64,000 bases of DNA from assembly GCA_051294375.1 (NCBI GenBank), contig CM119267.1:16669637-16733636 (forward strand). Direction: 5' to 3'. The translations under genes and the position numbers were made by a program. The notes beneath the pieces are model-generated. The model made no database searches. It saw nothing but the letters and a program-made list of their open reading frames with translations, and was not told where the DNA came from. This stretch comes from Paraspadella gotoi. Its lineage: Eukaryota; Animalia; Chaetognatha. Position 1 is the stretch's first letter. Each line of letters opens with the position of its first letter. Of this stretch, positions 26,747 through 40,582 are shown piece by piece.

Positions 26747-28021
26747 CTACTCCGAAGGTCATTATCCGATAGTTTTAGGTCAGTTTCTCTCATGTTTGTT
26801 AAACTGTTTAACTCTCGTTCGCTTTGTGTGTCTTGTAGACTGTATGGCGATTTGTCTGAATGTCAGTTAATTTGTTTTTCTGTTTGTGTGTCAGTTGGTT
26901 TGAAAGTCGTTCTTTCAGCCCAAAACTACTTCCATTCATGCCCGCCAAAAAAAACCGCGCCGCATCGACATGAGTTTAGATCTCCCCCAGCCCCCCCTAA
27001 ACGTTATTTACCCCTTTTTTTTATATTCGTGTTCATATTTTATTCCTCTTCCTCTTCTTCCTCTCCTCGGGAGAGACGAGACTTCAAACGCTTTTCATCG
27101 CCGCCGCCACGCGTCGCCTCGCCTCGCCGCCTTGCTGCATTTAGATATAAAAATTAGATTCGGCATCTGTTTTTCGCGACGCCTCTCGCGGCGGCATCTC
27201 CCCGACGGCATCTCCCCCTCCTTTGGCGGCGGATAAAAAGGTTAAAAAATCCGTCCTGGCGGATTTTCTTGTTTTCAGAAACGACAAAGAGAATCTTGAT
27301 GTTGATTTTTGATTTTGTCTATGAATAAAACTAAAACGAGGAATTTTATTATCTTTGATGGATAACCCAATCTTTCCTTCAGACAAGCATCGTGAGCAAA
27401 ATAGAGTTCTTGATTTCTTGACTCGTCAAAATTTCCTTGAAACGATGTGTCGTTTTTATTCTTTCTTTTCTTGATGTTTCTCAACAACATTTTTAACATC
27501 GTCATCGTAGTAATCATAATCATAGTCAACCGGTATTGGAGTAATATTTCCTAACCTTCATAAAACTTTATAAACGTCTCAATTAATATTTTTAACTTTT
27601 TTCTATCGAAGAAAGAAGATTCCTTGACAAATGACTACTTCCGAAAGAAAGTTTTTCTACATCAGTGACTCAATATATATTTAAACTAGAAGTATCTAGT
27701 TACATATCGAGTTACATTTCCGTCGACTCTTGCCTCATATCATCATCAATTTATCGTTCGATGCTTCGGATAAAAAAAAGGGAATCGATATTCGATTTGG
27801 TTGTTTCGTGTTTAGTTTCACGACGACGAGGACGACGACGATGACGACGACGACGATGACAACGACGACGACAACAACAACGACGACGCCATGGCAGCGA
27901 TTTTTATGAAGCCAATATCATCTGGAAACCTTTGAACTTCGACGGCTTAGAGCGAGAAAAAAAAAACACTCGGCGAAGTTCGAGCATCGAAGACCCGTGA
28001 GCGTCATCCCACCTTGGTCAT

Positions 28022-28634
28022 TAAGGCGTAGTGAAAGTTACATACGAAAATTCTAAAAGTCAATTATGAACAACATACCATCAGTGAACATTAATTTGTA
28101 AAAAAAATTAATTTTATGTTTTTTAATTTTCGCAGTAGGCTATATTTATATATAGTACTATCCTTATAAAATTGAAAAATTTCAAAATAGGCTTTTCTTA
28201 ATTTTGATTGCAGATTTGAATTCCTCGTCAAAAGTTGATAAAAGAAAATATAATTCATTTTTAAAAATTCTTTCATTAAGTAGGTTAAAAATTACAAAAA
28301 CTATATTTAATATTTAAAAAGTTAAATTTCAGTTTAAAATATAGCTTTTTCTAATTTTTGACCCACTTAATGAAGGAATTTTTCAAAAAAGAGTTATATT
28401 TCTTTTTATCAACTTTTTATGACGAATCCAAATCTGCAAAAAAATCTTAGAAAAAACTGTTTTGAAATTTTAACATTTATTGGTTTAGTACGAGTATAAA
28501 TATGGCCTACTGCATAAATTGTAAAATTTATTATAAATTTTTTTTATACATAAATGTTCATAAGTATAATGTTGTTCGTTCCTCACTTTTAGAATTTTAA
28601 TTAAAGTTAAACTTAGGAATTTTACTACGCCTTA
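28022..28634. mobile_element. Non-autonomous hAT-like DNA transposon (MITE), related to 26041-26679
   Basis: TIRs TAAGGCGTAGTGAAA ... TTTTACTACGCCTTA. Perfect 8-bp TSD TTGGTCAT (28014-28021 and 28635-28642). Shares internal motifs (aaaagttgataaaa, cattaagtaggttaaaa, gaatccaaatc) with the first MITE. Confidence 0.85.
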
Positions 28635-28640
28635 TTGGTC

Positions 28641-28800
28641 ATGCCACCTTTGTGTCATTTTTTATCTCCTCCGAGAGGAGTGAGTGCCATCCTATCTTGG
28701 ACAATGGACATGCCACCTTTTTACCATTTAACTCCTCCCAGAGCAGAGAGTATCATTCCACCTTGGACATGCTACCTTTGTCCCATTTTTTATCTCCTCG
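28641..28800 (+). repeat. Degenerate minisatellite of about 60-68 bp (roughly 2.5 units)
   Basis: Recurring atgc(c/t)acctttgt..catttt..atctcctc and cttggaca. Confidence 0.55.
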
Positions 28801-29408
28801 TTCAATTCACCACTCTTACTTTCACAACATCTTTCTTATCATTTCCAACCCTCACCTCTACTCACCTTGGATAAATCGCCAGGCATAAGCTTAGGCTTAA
28901 GTCATCTTGCTGTTGCAGTATCTTTTTCGTGTCATCCAACTGTCTCTTTTTTCTAACCACCAATACATCTGTATCAAATCACGCCTCCCAAATCATATAT
29001 CCAGCTTTCGGGCACCATTGCCTCTATAGTAAATTTTTATAACCAACAACGTTCTTAAATCAACACTCGCCAGTTGCGAGCCACATTTTTCAAAATTGGC
29101 CCGAATCCACCATTTCTTCCAACGACCACCATTTCGAAAGTCCAATCCCCGTATGTAACCGGGCCGCTCTACTAGGGCGGAGGGATAAGCCCCGGATGAA
29201 ACTGCCGCTTAAGATTAATGCGAAGACATAAATTCTTTCGCTGTATGAAGTCGCAACGTCGGAAAGCGAGGGGAAGACGGGACGGAGAGGAAAAAAAGGA
29301 AAGAGATTAGAAAAAGGAAAAAAAGGAAAGAGATTAGAAAAAGGGGAAAAAATGGAGGAAGAACGGAGGAAAGTTTTGAGGGGAAAAAATTGCGGACGAA
29401 AAGAAGCG

Positions 29409-29455
<47 letters not shown>

Positions 29456-31139
29456 CCCAGGTGGAACCTTTCCATCCATCGTCACCAACTGTGATTAAAA
29501 CGTAAGAATTAGGGCTAAAAAAGAGAGAAAATTTAAGGAGGGGCGAAAGTCAAGGGTTAGAAAAAAAGGAAGAAAAAAGAGTTGCCAAATTTGAAGTAAG
29601 GTTTGCCAATGAGGGGGCCGTGAAAAAACGTATCGGAAAACAAAATCTAACACATTAAATATCCTAAATATTTAATAAAACATCAAACATGGAACCCAAA
29701 ACTAATAATCATATGAAAAAAAATAAAAGGTATTTTACCGTCAGAAAAACAAAGAAACAGAACGAGAAAAAAAAATAAAAAGGTGAAGAACCAACAATAA
29801 ACAAAACCATCGCTTCCTCTTTGTTCTTTCCTCCGCGAAGGGAGATGGTCGCATATATCTTTTTCTCCGTTTTATCACTATTATTATTTTTTTCGCCTCA
29901 TGTAATTTTAATTTTCTCTTAAAGATGGAGTGGCGTTATTTCTTTTTTCTTTCTTTTTTCTCTGACTCTGTCTCTCTCTCTCTCNNNNNNNNNNNNNNNN
30001 NNNNNNNNNNNNNNNNNNNNNNNNNNNNNNNNNNNNNNNNNNNNNNNNNNNNNNNNNNNNNNNNNNNNNNNNNNNNNNNNNNNNNNNNNNNNNNNNNNNN
30101 NNNNNNNNNNNNNNNNNNNNNNNNNNNNNNNNNNNNNNNNNNNNNNNNNNNNNNNNNNNNNNNNNNNNNNNNNNNNNNNNNNNNNNNNNNNNNNNNNNNN
30201 NNNNNNNNNNNNNNNNNNNNNNNNNNNNNNNNNNNNNNNNNNNNNNNNNNNNNNNNNNNNNNNNNNNNNNNNNNNNNNNNNNNNNNNNNNNNNNNNNNNN
30301 NNNNNNNNNNNNNNNNNNNNNNNNNNNNNNNNNNNNNNNNNNNNNNNNNNNNNNNNNNNNNNNNNNNNNNNNNNTTGTAGTGTTTTTCCCACATTCGCTT
30401 CCTCGCTGACGGAATTGACAACTTACAAATACTTTGGAAAGCATGGTTTATACAGCACAATGTATAAACTTATAACAAAAAAAACCTTGTTTTAAGCGGA
30501 GTCCGTGAATTAAATATTTCGAGTGGATTTCGGATGGAAATCTGTCCGTAACTTGTATGATGGCTTATTTATATGAGGTGATTTTCACAGAACTGAATCC
30601 GCCCGCTAAATTTCGCATGCGCTTAATTTACTTGAAAAACCCCAAATTAAACAACGCGAAGATAAACGTCCAACATATGGCTGAAAACCCAAAATATTGA
30701 CAATCACAATTTTCGATATTACTCTTTTATTCAAAAACAATAAATTTTTTCAAGATTTTGAACCGCAAACATAACAACCCGTTTTTAACCTTCTTTTCAC
30801 ATCCTCCTATTTTAAAATACTTTTTCAATTTCATTTGTTTAAAATACGCTTAGAATGAGATAATTAAAATTTAAAAAGTTCCCCTGACCACAAAAGAACT
30901 AAAATTAAAGTGAATTTTTAAAGAATTCGAGTTTTTTTTTACTTTTTAAGAAAAGCTAAAATACAAAGATGCTCAACGAAACATGAAATTAAGTTGCGCT
31001 ATCTCTCTCTCTCTCTCTCTCTCTCNNNNNNNNNNNNNNNNNNNNNNNNNGAGAGAGAAGAAGAGGAGAGCGAGGAGAGAGAGAAGAGAGAGAGAGAGGG
31101 AGAAAGAGAGAGAGTAGACAGAAGAGAGAGAGAGTAGAC

Positions 31140-31670
31140 GAGTCAGGTATAAAAAAAGAAAAAGAAATAACGGCCGAACTTCCATCTTTAAGAAGAAAAT
31201 TTAAAGATTACATGAGGCGAAAAATAATAAAATAGTGATAAACGTGAGAAAAAAGATATGATGCGACATCTCCCTGCGCGGAGGAAAGAAACAAAGAGGA
31301 AGCGAATGGGTTTTGTTTATTGTGGTTCACACCTTTATTTTTTTTCTCTCTGTTCTTTGTTTTTTTCTGACGTAAAGATACCTTTATTTTTTTCAATATA
31401 TTATTAGTTTGGGTTCCATGTGTTGGAGGTTGTTTAATTAAATATTAGATATTTAATTGTTAGATTTTGTTTCCGATACGTTTTCACCGCGCCCCCTCAT
31501 TGGCAAACCTTACTTTCAAATTTTGCACTCTTTTTCTCTTCCTTTTTTTAAACCCTTGACTTTCGCCGCCTTCCTTAAATTTTCTCTCTTTTTTAGCCCT
31601 GAATTTCTGTACGTTTAATCACGTTGGTGACGATGGGATGGAAAGGTCCACCTGGGAATTCTCTCTCTCC
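31140..31670 (-). repeat. Inverted duplicate of about 29440-29965
   Basis: For example, agaatcccaggtggaaccttt matches gaaaggtccacctgggaatt in reverse complement. Differences are indels; adjacent to a 25-N gap. Confidence 0.8.
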
Positions 31671-31699
31671 TCTCTCTCTCCTCTCTCTCTCTTCTCTCT

Positions 31700-31745
<46 letters not shown>

Positions 31746-31801
31746 TCTCTTCTCGTTCGATCGCCATTTTTTATTTCGTATTTTTAATGATTTCCTTTTT
31801 C

Positions 31802-32445
31802 TTGTAGTGTTTTTCCCCATTCGCTTCCTCGCTGACGGAATTGACAACTTACAATACTTTGGAAGCATGGTTTATAACGACAATGTATAAACTTATAAAA
31901 AAAAAAAACCTTGTTTTAAGCGGAGTCCGTGAATTAAATATTTCGAGTGGATTTCGGATGGAAATCTGTCCGTAACTTGTATGATGGCTTATTTATATGA
32001 GGGTGATTTTCACAGAACTGAATCCGCCCGCTAAATTTCGCATGCGCTTAATTTACTTGAAAAACCCCAAATTAAACAACGCGAAGATAAACGTCCAACC
32101 ATATGGCTGAAAACCCAAAATATTGACAATCACAATTTTCGATATTACTCTTTTATTCAAAAACAATAAATTTTTTCAAGTTTTGAACCGCAAACATAAC
32201 AACCCGTTTTTAACCTTCTTTTCACATCCTCCTATTTTAAATACTTTTTCAATTTCATTTGTTATAAATACGCCTTAGAATGAGATAATTAAAAATTTAA
32301 AAAGTTCTGACCACAAAAGAACTAAAATTAAAGTGAATTTTTTAAAGAATCGAGTTTTTTTTTACTTTTTAAGAAAAGCTAAAATACAAGAGAGCTCAAA
32401 CGAAACATGAAATTAAGTTGCGCTATCTCTCTCTCTCCTCTCTCT
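31802..32445 (+). repeat. Direct duplicate of 30376-31025
   Basis: Near-identical, with only small indels; the first copy is bounded by N gaps. Confidence 0.85.
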
Positions 32446-32456
32446 CTCTCTCTCCT

Positions 32457-32492
<36 letters not shown>

Positions 32493-32657
32493 TGCCAAAT
32501 GAAAATTATCTCATTAAAAAAAAAATTAACGATTTTTTGGGTTAATTTGACGGAAGAGAAAGAAAAAAAAATATGGCAAATTAAGGGCAAAGACTTTTGG
32601 TCTGGAATGAACACGGAGACGCTGCCCTGGATTTGTTTGGTTCTATTAAATGGAGAG

Positions 32658-32722
<65 letters not shown>

Positions 32723-32800
32723 AGAGAAGAGAGAACTTGACGAAAAAATCAAGAATCCCAGAATCCAAGATTTATCGGGACGATCTCTCTTTCCGTCTCA

Positions 32801-32875
<75 letters not shown>

Positions 32876-33113
32876 TTCCCTCACTATCTGTCGATCTATC
32901 TTTCTCTGTCTCTCTCCTCACTCGGTTTTCTTGAGACTTTCCTCTTTTTTTTTGTTTCCACTTTCGCTTTTTTCCAACTTTGTCTTAATTTTCTTTAGTT
33001 TTTCTTCCTTTTCCCCTTTTTTTTTGCGACAGTCGTTGTCTTCGTCGTCGTCGTATTCGTCGTCGTCGTCGTCATAGTTTGTTTTCTTTTGTCGCCGCTA
33101 AATTCCTTCGGAA

Positions 33114-33163
<50 letters not shown>

Positions 33164-33768
33164 CCTCTCAAGTTGTCAGACGAAACGCTGATTACTTGCA
33201 TGTAATAAACTAAATGAACAAACTAAATAAATCTATCGTTGACTCACTCGCCCTTCTGATCTTTGCTTCTCCTCATTCCGATTCTCTCTTCCCCTTAATT
33301 TCTTTGGCAAAAGGCTTTCTTCAATTTAGACCTAATCCATCTCTAAATCTCTTTTATTTTTTGTGTCTCCCTTTCAACCCGTTTTTGATGCCATTTCGGA
33401 CCGTTTTTTATGCCATTTTGGGCCGTGCTTGATGCCGTTTAATCTCATTCGCGGTGGCATTTCAGTCCGGTTTTGATGGCAACGAAAGCGAAATATTTTA
33501 ACATTTTCGCCGACACGATTTCAGGGAATCAAAGAGACTTTTATTTATTTTTATTTATTATTTTTTATTTTTTTTAATTTCATTGAATGTGTTTTGTGAA
33601 CGTGTAAACGAGTACGAAATAAAAGGGTCATATGACTGTGGCTTGAATTGGGAAGAAAATTCCGGAATTGAATTTTAAACTTGAGTAAATCAGTTTCGGC
33701 TGAAACAGATAATCAGTTGCAATGACTGAACAGCAGTGTAAGCATAGTAAACAAATAATGCAGAAGGC

Positions 33769-33827
<59 letters not shown>

Positions 33828-33978
33828 CGACAGAGAGAGAGAGAGGGTTTCTCCTCATTTTCTTCTCGAAACTAAAATCTTTTTTTTTCTCTTTTTTTCG
33901 CCTTTTGTGAGAAATTCTTTGTCACTGTTGCCAAACTGTTCCGAGAGGATATCGCCCGAGTCTGTAGGGAGGCCGTTG

Positions 33979-34019
33979 CCACGCCCGTCACGCCCGTCAC
34001 GCCCGTCACGCCCGTCACC
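33979..34019. repeat. (CACGCCCGT)4 nonamer repeat
   Basis: Read directly. Confidence 0.9.
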
Positions 34020-34329
34020 CCTCGTGACACCGTTCGCGGGACGTTAACACTATCATCGTCTCGCGCGGCTGCTGACCCAGGAATAACGTCGTTTTCGAAC
34101 AAAGGGTGTGACATAGGCAGGACACATGAGTTGAAGCGGGAAGAGTTACAGAGAGGGTTTTAAAAACGAGCGGTTTATGGAGAAGAGGGAGAGGGAATAC
34201 AGAAGAAAATGAGACTGTATTAGTAGCGGTAGCCGAGAACAGATGGAGTTTTATGATTCCATTTGCATGGACATTGTCTCGTCAGCTTTCTCTCGCTCCG
34301 GTTTTTATCTTTCACAAAATATGCGTCGA

Positions 34330-34850
34330 TCAGAAACGATTCTTTATTTTTTCTATTTGGTCGCGCGATGGAGATGGCGTTTGGCCGGAGAGTCGAGAGT
34401 ATGAGGGGTGGGGGCGAAGGAGGGGAGTGGGGAGGAAAAATGATGGAGGATTGCGGAGGAATGTAGGCGGGAACGGGGAACGTGGAAACGGAGGTGAGAA
34501 CGGGAGAAAAATGGCGGAGAGGCAAGAGTTTTGAGCAGGTTGTGGAGATGGCAAACCGAAAAAAAGAATTTGCTGATGGAGGAGAAAGTCCGCAGTTCGC
34601 CGTCCGCCATCGCCTCGTATATCGTGACATGGATGGACGGAAACGGCGGAGATCGCACGTGGAACGCGGGACAATCGGGACAGAGTCTTGTTGCGTTGTC
34701 GGTTGTGCTTTCTCGGATTGCTCTTTTGTTTGTCCTCGTCTTCTTCCTCGTCCGTTGGTTGCGCTTTGAAAATATTCTGAGAGACCAAAAGTCGGTTTTC
34801 GTTTATTTTTTTGTCGTGTCGTCATTCGTCGGGTCGCCGACATTCAATTG
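34330..34850 (-). CDS. Possible low-complexity coding exon, frameshifted by read errors (...NIFKAQPTDEEEDEDKQKSNP...FLLHQQI..PSPQPAQ..SAIFL..PPFPRSPF...KIKNRF*); noisy second copy at about 38290-38800
   Basis: GC-richer, protein-like segments recur in alternating frames in both duplicate copies. Splice boundaries not resolved. Confidence 0.3.
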
Positions 34851-35218
34851 TTTGCCGCAGTAGTTGTTGAGTATACAACAAGTTCTTGAATTTACGTAGT
34901 TCAGTTATTGGGCCATGGGTTCATGAGGTCGAGGAGGGGTATTAGACGAGAGAGAGAGAGAGTCACGTCTTTTCAACGTCAATGTTGTGATTTGTCGTTC
35001 GTCGTCGTCCTATTACTTCCTCGTCTTTAACTAACGACTTTAATATGCCTCGATTTTTTAATAGATTATTTCCGAGAGAAATTTTCTTGAAAGAGAACCT
35101 TCACAATAACTAGAAAAAAAATTCTTGGAATGTGATTAAGTAAAAACGATTCTAAAGTTGTCTGTTCTCTCTCTCTCTCTCTCACTCTCTCTCTCACTCT
35201 CTCTCCTCTCTTCTCTCA

Positions 35219-35255
<37 letters not shown>

Positions 35256-36679
35256 AACGAGCGGTCGATGACAAAAGCGGGTGCATAGCGCTAACAGGTG
35301 CGGAGGCGGGGAAAAAGGGTTGCGCTCGTGGTGGCGGCGATGGCGCGCATTCATAAAAACCCATTGAAATAAATCGTCGATGAACAACAAAATCGTCAAC
35401 AGTTGAAAAGCAATCCAGAGATGAAAAAAATCCAAAGAGATTGAAAAAGCGGGGGATTTGTTGAAAGAGAAGAGATGAGAGAGAGAGAGAGAGGAAGAGA
35501 GAGAGCGGAGAGAGAAAGAGAGAGAGAGAGAGGAGAGAGAGAAGAGAGAGAGGACGTTCTTAATTGGGAAATGAGTAAACGCGATACATAATTTTCAACA
35601 CGAATGAATAAAAAGTATAAAAAAAAACAAAAAAACTGAACTGGCTTTCCCACTGAGGTAAATGAAGTTTTAAGAGGTTAGAACAAAAAAAATGATTGCT
35701 AAGAGAAATTAATGGGAAAAAGAATGAAAGAAAAGTGAAAAAAAAAATGAAAAAGAGAAATAAAATAGGATAAAAAAAAAGAAATTTGAAATCCAGAAAT
35801 TTTCTTTTAAAAATCTCCATTTTCTGTGAAAGAAAAGCTTCTCTTCTTTGTTTGGAGATTTATTTTTCTGCGGGGAACGCACTCGAAGCGCCTTCGCCTC
35901 CTTTGCCTCCTTCGCCCTCCTCAAGCCACTCACTGCCTCCGCGGTTGGGCTTAGCAACCCGCGACTTTCCCGCTTTCGCCCCCCTCTTTGAGAGTTGAAA
36001 CCTCGCTTCCCTAACTTTCTCCGCATCCGTTACTGTATGTGTTTTTCTATTGTCTTATCAAGTATCACTTGATCCTATTGATATTCCCAATCTACGTTTC
36101 AAAGGAGAATCTGCCAATCTGCAACCTGCCAAGTCTGCATCTCCAAAGCGTCTTGGGACAACCTTCGTGTTGCCGATTCGTTTGCGATTTAAAGAGGTGG
36201 CTATAGGTAAAAAATATTCTTTTAATATGTACCTAAAAAACAAAGCATAACCTGCGAGTGGAGTTCTACATCCCAAAAAGCCTATTGGAGGATTAGTGCT
36301 TAAAAGGCAGAGTAACAGAGTCGGTCACAATCTCTAATTCTCAGTTCCTGAATTGTCCTCCTTCAACCTTGATCTTCTAAGTACTAGAGCCAAACTTCGT
36401 CATGGGTGGGTTTCGAAGTTTGATTTTGGGAACCTTTCCAAATGAAAACTTCATACATTTTCTGAGATAACTTTCAATGGGCAAACTTTTTCTAAAATGG
36501 CAAGAAGCATTAGTAATTAATTTTTTAATATTTATTTATCGATGGATAGAAGTCATTAAAAATTTTTTTTGAATTTTTTATTTTTAAAAGCAGATTCAAA
36601 TAGCTTATTAAAAAGTTATCTACACAAAGTATTAATTCTTTTTTTCAATATTTTTGATGATAAGTGGCGGTTAATTGAG

Positions 36680-36743
<64 letters not shown>

Positions 36744-37107
36744 AAAATTCATCATCATCATCATCTCCGATAATCTTAGCAGTTTTTACTAATTTTTAGT
36801 AATAAAACATCAAAATTTAAAAAAGTTTGTAATTATATTTTTTGCTTAACTTTGCAAAAAAATATTTTAACACAATAATTATACCAATAATGGATGAGTG
36901 TAATGCTGTTCCCATTGAAATCTGAATTTGGTCNNNNNNNNNNNNNNNNNNNNNNNNNNNNNNNNNNNNNNNNNNNNNNNNNNNNNNNNNNNNNNNNNNN
37001 NNNNNNNNNNNNNNNNNNNNNNNNNNNNNNNNNTTAACCATTACCGAAGTAGATTGAATTGTAGGAGAGAGAAGAGAGAGAGAGAGAAGAAGAGGAGAGA
37101 GAGAGAG

Positions 37108-37163
<56 letters not shown>

Positions 37164-37237
37164 AGAGTATAAATTTTTTTATATTTTTTATGTTCCAGCG
37201 AAAGAAAAGTTATCTGGTTAGTGAAGATAGAGAAAGA

Positions 37238-37273
<36 letters not shown>

Positions 37274-37278
37274 GAGAG

Positions 37279-37325
<47 letters not shown>

Positions 37326-37810
37326 AGAAAGTGGCCGAGTTGAGAGTGTAAGATTGATGTAGATCCGAGGAGCGTGACTGGAATCACAATGAGGATCGCC
37401 ATAAATGATATAACAAACGGTCACTATGACGATGGCGCACGAAAAGAGACGAGGGGGGGGAGATAGTGTGAGAGGGAAGAAAGAGAGTTACAGGATATGA
37501 AAAGGAGGGGCGAATTGAAATGAACGACAGAGAGACAGAACTGAAGACAGAGAGAGACGCCGTAAGGGTGAAACTTTGATCGAAAGGACAAAGAAAAAAA
37601 AAGAAGAAAAATCGAAACAAATTAATAAGAAAGAAAAGAAACAAAGTGAATTTGCTTCAGAGAACAAAAAATGAGAAGATCTTCATTTTTGAATCGATTT
37701 TTAAAAAAAAAAAGAGACCAAAAGGGAAACGAAGATAAAAATAAAATGGGGAGAAATAGGGATTGAAGAGAGTGGAGCTTAGAATGAGAGATTTCGCGTG
37801 GGGTTTGTGA

Positions 37811-37888
<78 letters not shown>

Positions 37889-37989
37889 GAATGGAACTCG
37901 CGTTCGATCACGACCCGTCACGTGATCGATGTTGATTCTCGAGTGAGATGACGAGGTAGGAGACTAGAGAGAGGGAGAGGAAAAGCGCT

Positions 37990-38073
<84 letters not shown>

Positions 38074-38210
38074 AGAGAGCGTGAACTGACGTAAAAGGAG
38101 ACTGCGATAAAGAGAGATATCGAGAGCAAAAAAAAAAAAAAAAAAAAGAGGGGCAAGAAAGAGACGAGAGAGAGCGAGAGACAGAACGCGGACAGAACAG
38201 AGACAGAGGA

Positions 38211-39100
38211 GTTATGATTCCATTTGCATGGAATTGTTCTCGTCAGTTTCTTCTCGCGTCCGGTTTTTATCTTTCACAAAATATGCGTCGATCAGAAACG
38301 ATTCTTTATTTTTTCTTATTTCGGTCGCGCGATGGCGTTTGGCCGGAGAGTATGAGGGGGGGGGCGAAGGAGGGGAAGTGGGGGGAGGAATGAATGGAAG
38401 GATGCGGAGGGAATGTAGGGCGAACGGGGAACGTGGAAACGGAGGTTGGAACGGAGAAATATGGCGGAAGAGCAAGAGGTTTGAGCAGGTTGTGGAGATG
38501 GCAACGAAAAAGATTTGCTGATGGAGGAGAAGTCGCAGTCGCGTCGGCAGTCGCCTCGTTATCGCGAATGGATGGACGGAAAGGCGGAGATCCGCCACGT
38601 GGACGGCGGGACAAATCGGGACAGAGTTCCTTGTTGTCGTTGTCGTTGTGCTTCTCCGGATTGCTCTTTTGTTTGTCCTCGTCTTCTTCCTCGTCCGTTG
38701 GTTGCGCTTTGAAGAAATATTCTAGAGACCAAAAGTCGGGTCGTTATTTTTTTGTCGTTAGTCGTCATCGGGTTCGTCGCCGACATCATTGTTGCGCAGT
38801 ATTGTTGAGTACAACAAGTTTGAATTTAGTAGTTAGTTTATGGGGCATGGTTCAATGAGGGTCGAGGAGGGGATTAGACGAGAGGAGAGAGAGAGTCACG
38901 TCTTTTCAACGTCAATGTTGTTGTTGTCGTCGTCGTCGTCCTCATACTTCCTCGTCTTTAACTAACACTTTACATATGCCTCGATTTTTAACAGATTTAT
39001 TTTCCGAGAAGAAATTTTCTTGAAAGAGAAACTTCAATAACTAGAAAAAAAATTTCTTGGAAGTGTGATTAAGTAAAAAACGATTCTAAAGATGTCTGTC
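38211..39100 (+). repeat. Direct noisy duplicate of about 34251-35170
   Basis: Colinear over about 0.9 kb with indel-dominated differences. Confidence 0.85.
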
Positions 39101-40454
39101 TCTCTCATCGTCATCTCGATCTTCTCATTCCCGTGATTCAGAAACTGAACTGCTAATATTTTTCCCGCCAAATAAAATAATTTTCCAATTTCAATTCACA
39201 ACAAAAAGCAGTGTGCTTCTCCCATCCCTTTTTAATTTCTACTTTTTTTTCACCCCTCCCTCTCTCTCTCTCTCCCAATCACAGTTTTAAATCCCCACCC
39301 CCTCTCTCACCGCCGCCCCTTTACTTATTTCGCAACGTCCAATCCCCCAATTCAGCCAATCAGCGATCACTAAATTACCGTGGACGTAATCTTTGATTGG
39401 TCGAAGCTGAAAATCCTCGTCCCCGACGAAGCCAAGGTTGAGATTCTCAAAATTCCCGCCTTTCAAACCACGAGAGCGTCTTTGCTTTTTCTTGAACATC
39501 TTTTTTCATTTTTTATCGTCTCATTTTTTATCATCCTTTTCCCGCTTTGGCCGTGGGGCGTGGTCGCCATTTTATCATTCACTGCCCGTTTATCATTTCG
39601 GTCAACGGAGGACGAAGCGGGCGGGCGGGGGCAGCGACGGACGGAGCTCGACTGGTTGGCAAGCGCTGCTAGGGCAGGGCCATGTCAATCTGCCTCAAGA
39701 ACAGGGGCGGCCTCGGGTAAGTCCGATTAAAGAAATTATTAATGAAACGATTGCGTTTCCTCTTTTTTTATAAAAAAATGTTTTCTTTAATTCATTTCCA
39801 GTTTTTATTAATCCAATTTCGCGGAATAGTTTACGAAACGCGGGCTCGTACACCGAAAAAATAAAAAGAGAGAAATTGTGCGAGACGAAATTAAAATAAT
39901 TGTTTCTTCTTTTTTTTTTAATTTAGAAAATAAAAATAAAGACGGCGGAGAAATTACGCGAGAAGAGACGAGCAGGAATTAAGCCCAAGCGGCGGTGAAA
40001 GAAGATAACGCACGCGTGGAAATGTAATCCGAAAACGCCGACATTTGCGGATCTCATCCGGTGCCGTCCAGTGCCATCTTTTCGCCATCCAGTGCGGTAC
40101 TGCGGCGTTTGATGCCATCCTTAGTATATATGAAGTTCATCGCTGGAAACGTGATTTGACGTGAAGATATTAATTCTTTTTTAACAGAAGATATTTTAAA
40201 TATGGTAGCTGAAAATATTAGAGAAGAATGGAGATTGTTCGATTTTTATTTGAGAAGAATAACTTTTGATTACGCGAGAATTTTGTTAGCGAGTTTGTGA
40301 CCTGAAAATATCGAGAAATTTGTGATTCGTGAAAATGAAAATTCGATTCACAAGGCTTACTAAAAATAAAAAGCGGAGAAAGAGAAAATCAAAGGAGGAA
40401 AATCGATAACAAAAAAATATTTATTAAACGGGATTTACTGGGAAAAAAAAGTTT

Positions 40455-40499
40455 TTTTCCGAATATTTCGACATATATTTTCTATGTCATCATCAGTGG

Positions 40500-40503
<4 letters not shown>
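40455..40503 (-). ncRNA. Minimal type-I hammerhead ribozyme motif (Penelope-like element type)
   Basis: Minus strand reads TTTTCC-A-CTGATGA-T-GACATA-gaaaata-TATGTC-GAAA-TAT-TC-GGAAAA: intact core, 6-bp stem II, palindromic ATAT stem III, stem I TTTTCC/GGAAAA with one mismatch or bulge next to the core. Confidence 0.5.

Positions 40504-40582
<79 letters not shown>

Noticed and set aside
36376-36391. CTAAGTACTAGAGCC resembles the 5' part of miR-252
   Set aside because: The 3' half diverges and there is no complementary arm to form a pre-miRNA.
36050-36440. Short protein-like + strand frame (SYQVSLDPIDIPNLRFKGES...)
   Set aside because: Multiple stops and no recognisable motif; at most a degraded TE fragment.
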